From positions 4,000,001-4,064,000 of the forward strand of contig OZ244799.1 of assembly GCA_965219955.1 (NCBI GenBank): a DNA stretch of 64,000 bases. Reading direction: 5' to 3'. This DNA is from a bacterium (lineage in GTDB: Bacteria; UBA8248). The notes beneath the pieces are model-generated. The model was not told the DNA's origin. It made no database searches and saw only the letters and a list, made by a program, of their open reading frames with translations. The position numbers were made by a program, and so were the translations under genes. Positions 17,743-28,336 of the stretch are shown here, in pieces. Position 1 is the first letter of the stretch; each line of letters opens with the position of its first letter.

Positions 17743-18819
17743 ATGAAAAAAGAAATTGGAGTCGCGGTAATCGGATCGGGCCGCATCGGTACGCTTCGCG
17801 CCAACATGGCCTCGCGCCACCCGTCCGTCCGGTTTCTCGCGATTTCGGACAAAGAGCCCGAGCGTGCGGATTTGCTGGCCGAAAGCGTCGCGGCGCATCT
17901 CTCCTCGGGAGACAACTACGAGATCATCGCCCACCCCGAAGTGGACACCGTCATCGTCTCAACACCCGAGCATGATCATACCGAAGCCATCCTTCAGGCC
18001 CTGGAATTGGGCAAGCCTGTATTTGTCGAAAAACCCCTGACCCTGACCCTGGAGGATGCGGACAAGGTCGTGGAGGCGGTGGAAAGAACCGGAGTCGAAC
18101 TCCGGATTGGATACTCCCGGCGCCATGATCGCCGCTGGATGCTGGCCCGGGAGCAGGTGGCCCGGGGACGACTCGGCCAGATCCTGGGAATCAATTCCCG
18201 CATATACTCCTCGAGAGCCCAGATAGCCGAGCCTCTCAAGCGCTCACCGAACGCAACGCCGGTCCTCGACGTTCTCACCTACTACGTGGACATGGCCTGC
18301 TGGTTTCTGGAGGGTATCCGCCCGGTGGAAGTGTTTGCCAGGGGGAACGCGAAAATCTTCAAATCATGGGGCTACTCCGCCCACGACGTTACCTGGTCCA
18401 TCGTGACCTTCGAGGACGGAACGGTCGTAAACCTCGGTGTGTGTTGCGCCCTTCCAGCAAAATATCCAACCTATGGACAGAGCGCCCGCTTCGAGATTCT
18501 GGGTGTAGACGGAGCCATTCTCCTGGATGTCGACAACAAGGATAGTTTGTTGTTCACCGACAAGGGCGTGCCCCACGCCTACGTTCCTGATCATCGTGTA
18601 AATTTGCTCTTCATGCAGAGCAATTCGTCCGGCGACTGGGCCATGGGCGACTACTGGGGGCCTATCGCGAACGAGACACGCTCCTGGCTCGACCACCTCG
18701 CGACCGGTTCTCCTTGCGTTCACACGACTGCGATCGAGGGACGGCAGACGCTGGCGGTGACCTTGGCCATTGAAGAATCGGCAAGAACCGGCGAGATAGT
18801 TTCCTTGCCTCCCCGCTAA
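17743..18819 (+). CDS. Gfo/Idh/MocA family oxidoreductase
   Basis: VIGSGRIG Rossmann motif, VSTPEHDH, VFVEKP. Confidence 0.92.
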   Translation: MKKEIGVAVIGSGRIGTLRANMASRHPSVRFLAISDKEPERADLLAESVAAHLSSGDNYEIIAHPEVDTVIVSTPEHDHTEAILQALELGKPVFVEKPLTLTLEDADKVVEAVERTGVELRIGYSRRHDRRWMLAREQVARGRLGQILGINSRIYSSRAQIAEPLKRSPNATPVLDVLTYYVDMACWFLEGIRPVEVFARGNAKIFKSWGYSAHDVTWSIVTFEDGTVVNLGVCCALPAKYPTYGQSARFEILGVDGAILLDVDNKDSLLFTDKGVPHAYVPDHRVNLLFMQSNSSGDWAMGDYWGPIANETRSWLDHLATGSPCVHTTAIEGRQTLAVTLAIEESARTGEIVSLPPR

Positions 18820-19031
18820 CCCGAAAACCGGGTTTTGCTCCCTATCCATAGCGGAAATTTCAAGGCGAGCGGGAGCGCACCACCTCTTGCGGAGGGGTTC
18901 TCTCGAAGCCCGGAAAAACAGCCTTCTGGAAGGAGGGATTCTCAACTGATGCAAGAGGGGTTTCCTGTTGAGGAGAAAAGGACTCCGCGACCGGCAATCC
19001 TTCCTTCATCAGTCGGGATAGACCTTTTCCC

Positions 19032-19060
19032 TTGACACTCACCTTGCCCCTCGCTAGGTT
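19032..19060 (+). promoter_or_regulatory. Putative sigma70 promoter of fhs
   Basis: TTGACA, 17 nt spacer, TAGGTT. Confidence 0.45.
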
Positions 19061-19107
19061 GCTCTGGGGCGTTCATCCGCCCCTCCGTCGGTCCGGAAGG
19101 GGGGACT

Positions 19108-20790
19108 ATGGCCATCGCATCGGACGTGGAAATCGCACAAGCCGCAAAGCTGAAACCCATCACGGAAATCGCTGAAGAGCTGGGCCTGGGAGCCGATGAA
19201 GTAGAACCCTACGGCGCGCACAAGGCCAAGGTGAGCCTCGATGCGCTCGAACGCCGCAAGGACGCGCCGGACGGAAAACTCATCCTCGTCACCGCCATGA
19301 CGCCCACCCCGCTGGGCGAGGGCAAGACGCTCACCACGGTGGGCCTCGGCCAGGCGCTGGCGCGGCTCGGCAAAAAAAGCGTCATCTGCGTGCGCGAACC
19401 CTCACTCGGCCCCGTGTTCGGCATCAAGGGGGGCGCGGCGGGCGGCGGCATGTCCCAGGTGCTGCCGATGGAGGACATCAACCTCCACTTCACGGGCGAC
19501 ATCCACGCGGTCACCTCCGCCCACAACCTGCTCTCCGCCCTCATGGACGCGCACATATTCCACGGAAACGAACTTGCGCTGGACGTGAACCGCGTCACCT
19601 GGAAGCGCGTGCTGGACATGAACGACCGCGCGCTGCGCCACGTGCTGGTCGGCCTCGGCGGCAGGACGCACGGCGTGCCGAGGGAAGAGGGCTTCATGAT
19701 CACGGCGGCGTCCGAGATCATGGCCGTGCTGTGCCTCGCGAGCGACCCGGGGGACATGAAAGAGCGCATCGCGCGCATCGTGGTCGGCTACACGCGAAAG
19801 GGCGCGCCCGTCACCGCGGGCGATCTGAACGCCGCGGGCGCCATGGCCCTGCTCCTGAAAGACGCCATCAAGCCCAACTTGGTGCAAACTTTGGAACACT
19901 CCCCCGCCTTCGTCCACGGGGGGCCTTTCGGGAACATCGCGCATGGGACGAACTCGCTCATCGCGGACAGGCTGGCGTTAAAGCTGGGCGACGTGATGGT
20001 CGTGGAAGCCGGATTCGGCTCGGATTTGGGTGCGGAGAAATTCTTCGACATCACCGCGCGCACGGGGGGCCTGAGCGTGGACGCGGTGGTGCTCGTGGCC
20101 ACCGTCCGCGCGCTCAAGCTCCACGGGGGCGTTCCATTCGACAAGGACGCGCTGGCGGAGGAGAACGTGGACGCCATAGGGCAAGGCTTCGCGAACCTCA
20201 AAGTCCACATCGAGAACATGCAGGGCTTTGGCGCGCCCGTGGTGGTGGCCGTGAACCGCTTCGCTTCGGATACGGACGCCGAAATCGCGCGCGTGAAGGA
20301 GCTTTGCGCCGAGGCGGGAGCGCCCTGCCACGCGCACGAATTACACGCCAAAGGCGGCGATGGCGGCGTCGAACTCGCCGAGACGGCTTTCGATCTCGCC
20401 GCCGCGAACGATGCGCCCTACACCCCGCTTTATTCGCTCGAAGCGCCGCTCAAGGAGAAGATAGAGGCCATCGCGACGCGCATCTACCGCGCGGGCGCTG
20501 TGCGCTTCGAGCCGGCGGCGGCGCGCAGCCTGCGCTCGCTTACGAGGCTGGGCTACGGGGAGCTGCCCGTCTGCATCGCGAAGACGCAGGCCTCCCTCTC
20601 GGACGACCCCAAGAAGCCGGGCGCGCCCGAGGGCTTTACCCTGAACGTGCGCGAGGTCTACGTGTCAGCAGGGGCGGGGTTCGTCGTCGCCATCGCGGGA
20701 AACATCATGCAGATGCCCGGCCTCGCCAAAACCCCCGCCTCGGCCGGGATGGACGTCACGGCCGAGGGCAGGATTACGGGGCTGTTTTAG
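19108..20790 (+). CDS. fhs: Formate--tetrahydrofolate ligase
   Basis: TPTPLGEGKT, KGGAAGGG, INLHFTGDIHA, HGGPFGNIAHG, EAGFGSDLGAEKF, C-terminal ITGLF. Confidence 0.98.
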   Translation: MAIASDVEIAQAAKLKPITEIAEELGLGADEVEPYGAHKAKVSLDALERRKDAPDGKLILVTAMTPTPLGEGKTLTTVGLGQALARLGKKSVICVREPSLGPVFGIKGGAAGGGMSQVLPMEDINLHFTGDIHAVTSAHNLLSALMDAHIFHGNELALDVNRVTWKRVLDMNDRALRHVLVGLGGRTHGVPREEGFMITAASEIMAVLCLASDPGDMKERIARIVVGYTRKGAPVTAGDLNAAGAMALLLKDAIKPNLVQTLEHSPAFVHGGPFGNIAHGTNSLIADRLALKLGDVMVVEAGFGSDLGAEKFFDITARTGGLSVDAVVLVATVRALKLHGGVPFDKDALAEENVDAIGQGFANLKVHIENMQGFGAPVVVAVNRFASDTDAEIARVKELCAEAGAPCHAHELHAKGGDGGVELAETAFDLAAANDAPYTPLYSLEAPLKEKIEAIATRIYRAGAVRFEPAAARSLRSLTRLGYGELPVCIAKTQASLSDDPKKPGAPEGFTLNVREVYVSAGAGFVVAIAGNIMQMPGLAKTPASAGMDVTAEGRITGLF

Positions 20791-20835
20791 GGAGCGCGCG
20801 CGGCGCCCGGCGCCGCGTCGGGCAACGGCCTGGAA

Positions 20836-21249
20836 CTACCCCTCCCCGCCCAGCTCATCCAGCTTGCTCTCGAGCCGGTCGATGACCTCGGCGGCGTCGG
20901 ATGCCGCGTTGTAGTCCTGCGCGAGGTCGCCGTCGCCGCAGGGGCTTTTCACGACGAAGAACACGGACTTCTCCCCGATGGTGCGCCCGCCGTGGCGCGT
21001 GTTCCGGGGGATGTGGACGAGGTCGCCCGGCTCGACGACCCGCTCCTCATCACCCACGATCACGTAGCGTTTGCCTTCGAGCACGAGGTAGAACTGCTCC
21101 TCGTTGGGGTGGTAGTGCGGCGTCGCGCCCTCGCCCTTCAGGTACGTCACGATACCCACCTTCATCAGTTCGCCGGGCACCGTCCTGGCGGTCGCAGGCG
21201 ATATCGAGGCGCGTACCTCTTCCATCTCGGAAATCTTGTAGAACGGCAT
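20836..21249 (-). CDS. Cupin domain protein
   Basis: PHYHPNEEQ...VHIPRNTRHG cupin motifs. Confidence 0.9.
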   Translation of the reverse strand: MPFYKISEMEEVRASISPATARTVPGELMKVGIVTYLKGEGATPHYHPNEEQFYLVLEGKRYVIVGDEERVVEPGDLVHIPRNTRHGGRTIGEKSVFFVVKSPCGDGDLAQDYNAASDAAEVIDRLESKLDELGGEG

Positions 21250-21261
21250 GATTCTCTCCTC

Positions 21262-21669
21262 TTATTCGGTGTATTCGCGCAGCTTCTCTTGCAAGCGTTG
21301 GGTGATGGCCTCCGCGTCTTCCGCGTCGTGGTGATCCTGATCGAGCGTGCCGTCGCCGGCGGGGCTCTTGGCGGTGAACATGCGCACCTCCTCGATGATG
21401 ACGCCGCCGTGCTTCGCCCCCCGGGGGATGTGGACGAGGCCGCCGGGGCCGATGAGCCCTTCCTCATCGCCCACGATCATCCACTGCCTGCCCTCGAGGA
21501 TGTAGAGGAACTGCTCCTCGTTCGGGTGGTAGTGGGGTCTCGACATCTTGCCCTCGGGATAGGTGACGAAACCCACCTTCACCAACTCGCCCGCCAGACC
21601 CTTGAAGCGGCCCATGGGCTGGGCGGCAACGTGTGATTCGGCCATCTCGGATGCTCTGTAAAAAGGCAT
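21262..21669 (-). CDS. Cupin domain protein, tandem paralogue
   Basis: Starts MPFYRASEM; PHYHPNEEQ...HIPRGAKHG; AGGAGG RBS. Confidence 0.88.
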   Translation of the reverse strand: MPFYRASEMAESHVAAQPMGRFKGLAGELVKVGFVTYPEGKMSRPHYHPNEEQFLYILEGRQWMIVGDEEGLIGPGGLVHIPRGAKHGGVIIEEVRMFTAKSPAGDGTLDQDHHDAEDAEAITQRLQEKLREYTE

Positions 21670-21842
21670 TTTAATACGTCTCCTCCTGTCTGTTGCTCCC
21701 CATTTTTCGTAGAGAGTGGCACGCCAGAACCCCTTGCCGGTTGGGGCAATCGGGCGCTCGGGAACCCTTTCATCTGCAACACCGGATTCGCCCATTCTAT
21801 AGAATCCACCCGCTTTTCGCACGAGAAAGCCTGAGCGCTTCC

Positions 21843-22021
21843 GGGTTGTTAAAAAAACCCTCCCCGCTCGGAATTGACCGCCGCCGGAATGACGAGCGAA
21901 TACCGCGCCCGTTGCAGGGGCGGTTCGCGAACCGCCCCTACGGCTGGGAGCACTCCGATGAAGATGGTTCGGACTGGCTACATACGCCGAATCACGGAAT
22001 CGAGGCTCTTTCAACAACCCC
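21843..22021. repeat. MITE-like element with degenerate GGGTTGTT(G/A)AAAA ends and an internal GTAG-type palindrome
   Basis: GGGTTGTTAAAAAA ... CTTTTCAACAACCCC enclosing GGGGCGGTTCGCGAACCGCCCCTAC. Confidence 0.6.
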
Positions 22022-22111
22022 GCTTGCGGGCGATTCGGCGACTCAAGTATGTGGTAATATCTCTTTCGGATGCCGCCGTTTCACGCAAGGGTTCCCGGAG
22101 GAAATCCCGCC

Positions 22112-22681
22112 ATGCCTCTCGCCACCGCCCGCGGGCTCAAAAGCTCCGCCGCTATTGCATTCGCCCTCTTGCTCACGGGCTGCGCGGTCCAGACGTTCCC
22201 CACGATGGGAGTGCTGCGAGAGGGGCTGGCCGGAATGGTGGGCGCTCCCGTAGACGCTCTCGTCCAGCAGATAGGGTATCCGGAGAGCGACGTCACGATC
22301 GGCGGCCGGAAAGTCTACACCTGGGACCACAGGAAAGCCTTCACCTATTTCGTGCCGGAAACCATTTGCCGCGATGAGATCACGTTCTATCCCCGGGGCC
22401 GCAAGGAAGTGGTGCGCGTGTGCGAAACGCATCAGGTGGAGAAAACGGTGCTCCACCACTGCACGATCAAGGTGGAAGCCGACGAGGCGGAGAATATCAT
22501 CGGGTTCAGCTTCGACGGGAACGCGGATGGGTGCGAACGCTTCGCCGTGGCCTTCCGGAATCTCCCCTACGAGGCGTGCATCGAGAAGCTCTCGGGGCTC
22601 AAGTTCGCGGTGAACATCGGGACGGAGCCGCAGGAGAAGCTGACCGCGGCCATCGAACGGTGCAAGAGACTGCACCGCTAG
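22112..22681 (+). CDS. Hypothetical lipoprotein
   Basis: Signal peptide with lipobox LTGC; several cysteines; GGAGG RBS. Confidence 0.7.
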   Translation: MPLATARGLKSSAAIAFALLLTGCAVQTFPTMGVLREGLAGMVGAPVDALVQQIGYPESDVTIGGRKVYTWDHRKAFTYFVPETICRDEITFYPRGRKEVVRVCETHQVEKTVLHHCTIKVEADEAENIIGFSFDGNADGCERFAVAFRNLPYEACIEKLSGLKFAVNIGTEPQEKLTAAIERCKRLHR

Positions 22682-22711
22682 GCCTGAATCATCACAAGAA
22701 CTCCAGGGACC

Positions 22712-24106
22712 TCACGCCGTCTGTCCCGCCGTCCGCGCCCGCGCGCCCGCCCCGCCTAGAAGCCGCATCAGGGATTCGATCTCGGGCTGCGCTTCAAGTG
22801 ATTCCAGGCGCGAGAGCACTTCCTCGTACTCTTCCTCCGCTAGGCGGGATTTCGCGCAATCGCGGAACTTGGAGCGTATCTTCTCATCCTCCAGCGGCCA
22901 GAGCGCGCAGCCGCGCGAGACGTCCGTTCTCTTTTTGAGGGTTCGCCCGTCGTTCAGGTATACGCGCACTTCGCTCGGGCGGCGCTCTCCGGGCCGCCAG
23001 CCCATGTCGTCGGCGGTGGCGTGGATTTTCTTCATCCAATCCTGGAGCAGGGGTTCGCGCACCGCCTCGTCCGTGAAGGTCTCAAGGCGCAAGTCCCTAT
23101 CCAGCAACATGCGCGCGAGGCAGTATTCGATGGAGAATTTCCCCTCCAGCCCCGTCTTGGGCGCGTGGTAGCGAAGCACCTGCATGGAGATTTCGAGCAA
23201 GGAGACCTCGATGCGCGCCACGTCCGCCGCAGTCAGGCCCGCCTCCTCCACCAGGTCGTAGAGCGCGTCCACCGCCGGGTGGGTCGAGAGGCAGCACGGA
23301 TAGGGCTTCATGTTCATCCCCGGTTCCGCCAGCGCGAAGGGCCGTCCGAGGCTCTCGATGACCGCCTCGCCATCTGGCGAGCCGCCGCCCGCGTATACGT
23401 CCAGAAAACCGCGTGGGGCTTCAAGGATCGTCGTATTCGCCGTGAGGCCCGCCGCCGCCAGTTCCGCCGCGCGAAGGCCGGCCTCGGGCGCCAGGCCTGC
23501 GTGGAGCGGCTTCGTCATCGTGCCGAAGTTCGCGTGAACGCCCGAGGCATGGGATGCCGCGATGCCGAGCGCGTGGCGCGTGGTCTCGGTGTCGAACCCG
23601 CGCAGGTGTGCGGCGGCGGCCGCCGCGCCCATCGTGCCGAGCGTGCAGGTGGAATGCCAGCCCGAGCCGTAGTGTTCGGGATTCATCCCCTGGCCCAGCT
23701 TGGTCGAAATCTCATAGCCGATGATGAAGGCCTCCAGAACCTCGCGGCCCGATGCCCCTTGCGCTTCCCCCTGCGCCAGGACGGCAGGCAGGACGACTAC
23801 GCTCGGGTGGCCGCTCAGCAGATAGCTCGAATCGTCGAAATCGAGCGCGTGGCCCATTGCCCCGTTGACGAGAGCGGCCATCGGCGCCGCCGCGCGGGTG
23901 TTCACCCCGATGATGCTGGCCTCGGGCGCGCCGCTCATTTTTCGCACGAATTCGGCCACGATGCGACCGACGGGCTCATCCACACCCGCGAGCGTCACGC
24001 CCACGGTGTCGACCACCGCCTTCTTCGCGCGCTCAATGACAAGTGGTGGAAAATTCGCCCACTTCGTTTCGACGATGAACTCCGCCATCCGTTCGGTAAC
24101 GCTCAT
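22712..24106 (-). CDS. MmgE/PrpD family protein
   Basis: HALDFDD, HPS, GWHST, TMTKPLHAG, KPYPCC, KFS motifs. Confidence 0.93.
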   Translation of the reverse strand: MSVTERMAEFIVETKWANFPPLVIERAKKAVVDTVGVTLAGVDEPVGRIVAEFVRKMSGAPEASIIGVNTRAAAPMAALVNGAMGHALDFDDSSYLLSGHPSVVVLPAVLAQGEAQGASGREVLEAFIIGYEISTKLGQGMNPEHYGSGWHSTCTLGTMGAAAAAAHLRGFDTETTRHALGIAASHASGVHANFGTMTKPLHAGLAPEAGLRAAELAAAGLTANTTILEAPRGFLDVYAGGGSPDGEAVIESLGRPFALAEPGMNMKPYPCCLSTHPAVDALYDLVEEAGLTAADVARIEVSLLEISMQVLRYHAPKTGLEGKFSIEYCLARMLLDRDLRLETFTDEAVREPLLQDWMKKIHATADDMGWRPGERRPSEVRVYLNDGRTLKKRTDVSRGCALWPLEDEKIRSKFRDCAKSRLAEEEYEEVLSRLESLEAQPEIESLMRLLGGAGARARTAGQTA

Positions 24107-24182
24107 GTACGCCTCCAGATTCAAAAGTCCGATCCGGCTCGACTTTCAGGAATTTCTCCCACCGAGATGGTTTGCGCCCTCA

Positions 24183-25277
24183 TCACGAAGACCCGCCTTT
24201 GATTGCGTTGATCGAGGCGGGTTCGATGGAAACGTAAACGCTCGCGCCTGATTCGAGTATCGGCAGCCGGTGTCCGTGGACGCGGATTTTCTGGCCTCCG
24301 GCGCTCAGCCAGAGTTCCAGCACGCCGCCCATGTACACCGCCTTGTCGACGCTGCACTCGATGGCGTTCGGAGTCCCCTCCGGAGGCGCCTCGGTGCTTG
24401 CGACGCAGTCCTCGGGCCGGATCGATAGCAGCACTTTCGAGCCTTCCGAAACGCCGGCGGTTCTGCAGAACAGCGTCACCTCGCCGATTTTCACCGCAGT
24501 CTGCGCGTCGCCCAACCCTGTGGCGACGACTTCGCCTTCCAGGAAGTTCGAGATGCCGACGAAACCGGCGACGAACTGATTGGCGGGGTTCTGGTAGATG
24601 TCGCTCGGCGATCCCATCTGCTCGATGCGCCCCTCGTTCATCACCACGATGATGTCGCTCATGACCATGGCCTCCACCTGGTCGTGGGTGACGAATATGG
24701 TGGTGATGCCGGATTCAGTTTGCAGTTCCTTGAGCTCCAGGCGCATCTCCTCGCGCAGCGCCGCATCGAGGTTCGAGAGGGGTTCGTCGAGGAGCAATAC
24801 GTCGGGTTCGTACACCAGCGCGCGGGCGAAGGCGACGCGCTGCTGCTGGCCGCCCGAGAGTTGCGAGGGGTAGCGCTCCCCCAGACCCTCGAGCCGCACG
24901 AGCCCCAGGGCGCGTTCCACGGCGCCTGCGATTTCGTTTTTGGGCGTTTTCCGCATCTGCAGGCCGAAGGCGACGTTGTCGCGCACCCGCAAGTGCGGCC
25001 ACAGCCCGTAGGACTGAAACACCATGCCGAGGTTTCGCTTGTGTGCCGGGACCAGCACGTTTTCCGAAGCGCTCGAAATGAGCCTCTCGCCGACGTGGAC
25101 GTCGCCGCCGTCGGGGGTCTCGAAACCGGCGATGATGTTCAGGGTGGTCGTCTTGCCGCAGCCGCTCGGCCCCAGCAGGGTCAGCAGCTTGCCTTTGGGC
25201 ACCTCGAAGGAAATCCCGGCGACGGCGACCACGTCGCCGAATCTCTTGACCAGATTATCCACCCGTACGTTTTGCAT
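24183..25277 (-). CDS. ABC transporter ATP-binding protein (FbpC/PotA-like)
   Basis: GPSGCGKT, LSGGQQQR, LLLDEP; start overlaps the permease stop. Confidence 0.93.
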   Translation of the reverse strand: MQNVRVDNLVKRFGDVVAVAGISFEVPKGKLLTLLGPSGCGKTTTLNIIAGFETPDGGDVHVGERLISSASENVLVPAHKRNLGMVFQSYGLWPHLRVRDNVAFGLQMRKTPKNEIAGAVERALGLVRLEGLGERYPSQLSGGQQQRVAFARALVYEPDVLLLDEPLSNLDAALREEMRLELKELQTESGITTIFVTHDQVEAMVMSDIIVVMNEGRIEQMGSPSDIYQNPANQFVAGFVGISNFLEGEVVATGLGDAQTAVKIGEVTLFCRTAGVSEGSKVLLSIRPEDCVASTEAPPEGTPNAIECSVDKAVYMGGVLELWLSAGGQKIRVHGHRLPILESGASVYVSIEPASINAIKGGSS

Positions 25278-26992
25278 CAGGTGAGTCCCTCCACGTCCGT
25301 TTGCTTCGTAAGCCAGCGCACCAGCGCCACCGAACCCAGCGAGAGGATAACAATGATGAGCGAGAGAATGCATACATGCGAGAAGAGCCCCTCGTCGTAG
25401 AGCTGGATGAGAATTGTGCTGATCACCTCCTTGTTCGAACTGAACAGCATGATCGAGGCCGAGAGTTCGCGCATCATCGATACGAATAGAATGATCCAGC
25501 CGGCGACGATGCCCGGCATGGCCAGGGGCACGAGGATCTTCCAGAAGACGACGCCCCAGTTCGCGCCGCTCACGGCGGCGGCCCGTTCCAACTCCTCATG
25601 GATTTGCGTGATTGAATTCGAGACCGAACGCACGCCGAAGGGCAGGAAGCGCGTAATGTAGGCGATGAGGATAATCCACAGCGTGTGATACAGGTTGAAC
25701 GGTTCGCGGATGTAGGCCCAGAGCATCGCGATGGCGATGACCGCCCCCGGAATGGCCACCGGGATGAGCGCGAGAAAATCGAGCGTTCCCCGGCCCTTCC
25801 AGGTGCTGCGTACCACGAAGTAGGCGACCACGGCGGAGAGCGCGATGCCGATGGTCGCACCCATGAAACTCAGGAAAAGACTGTTCTGGATGGACCGGAG
25901 GATGACCGCGCCCCCGTCTCCGGTGATGATCTCATGCAGGTGGCCCAGCGTGAGGAATTCCAGGGTTGGCGGGCGGCCGCGGTTGGAGATGAACGTGCCG
26001 TAAATCAGCGTCAGCACCGGCAGGATCGCCGAAACCAGAAGGTAGAAGGAGGCGAAGGCCAGTGCGACGTATTTCCACGGGCCCAGCTCCACGAGCCTCG
26101 GCCGGAAGCTCTTGCCCGCGACCGTGGTGTATCTGGCGCTTCGCCCCAGCGCCCTTGTCTGGCCCCAGAGCGCCAGCCCGCAAACCAGCAGGATGGGGAT
26201 CGACATGGCGGCGGCGTGCGAGAAGTTCGGCGGGATGCCGAGCATCATGCGCCATAGCTGGGTCGAGAACACGTATATGCCGCCCGAGACGCCGATGGTC
26301 GCCGGTATGGCGAACACCTCCAGCGACTGGATGAACGTGAGCAGCGCGCCCGACAGGATGGCCGGCGCCGCCATGGGCAGCGTGATCCAGAGCGTCGTTT
26401 GCCACTGGTTCGCGCCGCTCACGTGGGCGGCGTTCTCCAGCGTCGGGTCCATGTTCTTGAACGCCGTGACCGTGAAGATGAACACGTAGGGCGCAAGCGA
26501 GAGCGCCATCACGAAGATGAGCCCGCCCATGGTGAAGATGTCGAACAGCGGTTCCTTGGTGCCGGCCAGCCACTTCCAGAACAGGTTCACGAAGCCGACG
26601 CGCGGCGTGCCGAGATAGGCCCATGCCACCGCCACCACCACGGGCGGCATGATGAAGGGCAGAATCGCGATCATGTTGATGTAGTTCTTGAGCGGCGTGT
26701 CGGTTCGTCCGACGATCCAGGCGAGGGGAACGCCGATAAGGACGGACAGGCTCGTGACCCCGACCGACATGACGGCGGTGTTCCACAACACCTCGCCCAT
26801 GTACTCTTCTTCGAAGATGGCGTAGTAGGCGTCGAGGGTAAATTCCGTGCTTATCGGGTCGGGCCGGAAGCTGCCCAGCACCAGCCAGTACAGCGGGTAG
26901 AGCACCACGAAGCCGATGACGAGAAGACATCCCCATTCGAGCACCCGAACAGTGCTCGGCAGCCTGAACATGGCGAACGAACGGGGACGCAT
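25277..26992 (-). CDS. ABC transporter permease (FbpB/AfuB-like, duplicated TM domain)
   Basis: Two EAA loops (LENAAHVSGA and LERAAAVSGA); highly hydrophobic. Confidence 0.92.
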   Translation of the reverse strand: MRPRSFAMFRLPSTVRVLEWGCLLVIGFVVLYPLYWLVLGSFRPDPISTEFTLDAYYAIFEEEYMGEVLWNTAVMSVGVTSLSVLIGVPLAWIVGRTDTPLKNYINMIAILPFIMPPVVVAVAWAYLGTPRVGFVNLFWKWLAGTKEPLFDIFTMGGLIFVMALSLAPYVFIFTVTAFKNMDPTLENAAHVSGANQWQTTLWITLPMAAPAILSGALLTFIQSLEVFAIPATIGVSGGIYVFSTQLWRMMLGIPPNFSHAAAMSIPILLVCGLALWGQTRALGRSARYTTVAGKSFRPRLVELGPWKYVALAFASFYLLVSAILPVLTLIYGTFISNRGRPPTLEFLTLGHLHEIITGDGGAVILRSIQNSLFLSFMGATIGIALSAVVAYFVVRSTWKGRGTLDFLALIPVAIPGAVIAIAMLWAYIREPFNLYHTLWIILIAYITRFLPFGVRSVSNSITQIHEELERAAAVSGANWGVVFWKILVPLAMPGIVAGWIILFVSMMRELSASIMLFSSNKEVISTILIQLYDEGLFSHVCILSLIIVILSLGSVALVRWLTKQTDVEGLT

Positions 26993-27020
26993 CTCAGGTC
27001 ATCGACCGGTCAGAAGCCGG

Positions 27021-28031
27021 TTATTTCTTTCTCTTCGCGTCACGAATGTGCTTGGTCATGAACGCGCGGTATTTCTTCTGATCCTTGAACACCTTCTCCC
27101 AGTTCGCATACAGCGGCTTGAAGGGGAAAGGGATGCCCTTCACGTGCGGCACGTCCGAACGCGCGGAGTTGATCTTGACGTCCTGGGTGATGACCGTCTG
27201 GCCTTCCTTGGAGAGGATCCAGCGGTACACCCGCTCCGCGTTCTTGGGGTTCGGGCCGTCCTTCACCATGCCGAACGAGGCGGGGACGACCGGCGTGCCT
27301 TCGGCCATCTTGGCGATCTTGATCTTCGCGCCCTTGTTGATGCGCCGGATGGCGATGTATTCGAACACCATCGTCACGTCGCGCTCGCCCGTGGCGACGC
27401 GCTCGGTGGAAGCGCCCATGCGCGACTGCACCAGCGCGCCGTTATAGAGCAGGCCCTTGATGTATTCTTCGCCGAATCCATCCGCGCCGTAGAAGAAATC
27501 CCAGAGACCCGCGGACTGGAACGGGTCGACCAGCACGAGACGGTTCTTCCATTTGGGCTTGGTCAGTTCCGCAAAGCTCTTCGGCGCCTCGCCGGGCTTC
27601 ACGTTGTCGGTGTTGTAGATGACCTGCAGCGTCGGCGCGCGGAGGCCTACCCACTGGGCCTTTTCGTCCTTGCCCCAGGCCGGGAATTTCTTGGCCTCGG
27701 GGAATTGCGTCACGTTCTTCACGTAGCCTCTTTTGGCGAGGTCGTACCAGCCCGGCGTGTAGCTGAAGTGCAGCAGATCGATCTTGCCCTTGCCCACGCT
27801 GCGCTCGGCCACGAAACGCTGATACAAGCTCACGCCGCCGGCCGTGATGGACTGGACCTTGATGTCCGGGAATTTCTTTTCGATGCCCTTCACCAGCGTG
27901 GCCTGTGCGGCGGTGGTGAGCGAGGAGTAGAAGATGAGGTTGGCTTTTTGCGCCACGGCTGCGTGGGACGTGAACGCCACGAACCCGGCAATCAGCAAAA
28001 TCGCGAGAATCGACTTGATGGAACGTTTCAT
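27021..28031 (-). CDS. ABC transporter substrate-binding protein (Fe3+/thiamine/polyamine-like class)
   Basis: Signal peptide, YSS, YNT...PKSFAEL, WILSKEGQ; first gene of the operon. Confidence 0.88.
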   Translation of the reverse strand: MKRSIKSILAILLIAGFVAFTSHAAVAQKANLIFYSSLTTAAQATLVKGIEKKFPDIKVQSITAGGVSLYQRFVAERSVGKGKIDLLHFSYTPGWYDLAKRGYVKNVTQFPEAKKFPAWGKDEKAQWVGLRAPTLQVIYNTDNVKPGEAPKSFAELTKPKWKNRLVLVDPFQSAGLWDFFYGADGFGEEYIKGLLYNGALVQSRMGASTERVATGERDVTMVFEYIAIRRINKGAKIKIAKMAEGTPVVPASFGMVKDGPNPKNAERVYRWILSKEGQTVITQDVKINSARSDVPHVKGIPFPFKPLYANWEKVFKDQKKYRAFMTKHIRDAKRKK

Positions 28032-28258
28032 ATTTGCCTCTCCTTTTACGGTGAAACGGATTTCCCAAGAACAAGTCTGACGAGAACTTGTTCGCTGCGA
28101 GTTTTTCCGACGCGGTTACGCCGCTCCCAAATTTTACGATTGAATTCATTAAAGCAGGTTCGGGGGGGTCGGGTCAAATCAACTCCAGGGGAGATGAGCG
28201 AGGCTGTACCGGACAAAAGATCCGTTGAATACTCCAACGAAGGAGGGTTGCCGGTTTT

Positions 28259-28286
28259 GTAGGAACAGGTCGCGACCTGTCACTAC
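28259..28286. repeat. Degenerate GTAG REP palindrome
   Basis: GTAGGAACAGGTCGCGACCTGTCACTAC differs from 7980-8007 at two positions. Confidence 0.75.
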
Positions 28287-28336
28287 GGCCACGCAACGAC
28301 GTCATTCCCGGCCTCCCAAGGCCATTTCACCAACCC

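Noticed and set aside
18820-19107. Folate-related riboswitch upstream of fhs
   Set aside because: No THF or ZTP consensus was recognisable, and the putative promoter leaves only a short leader. An Rfam scan would settle it.
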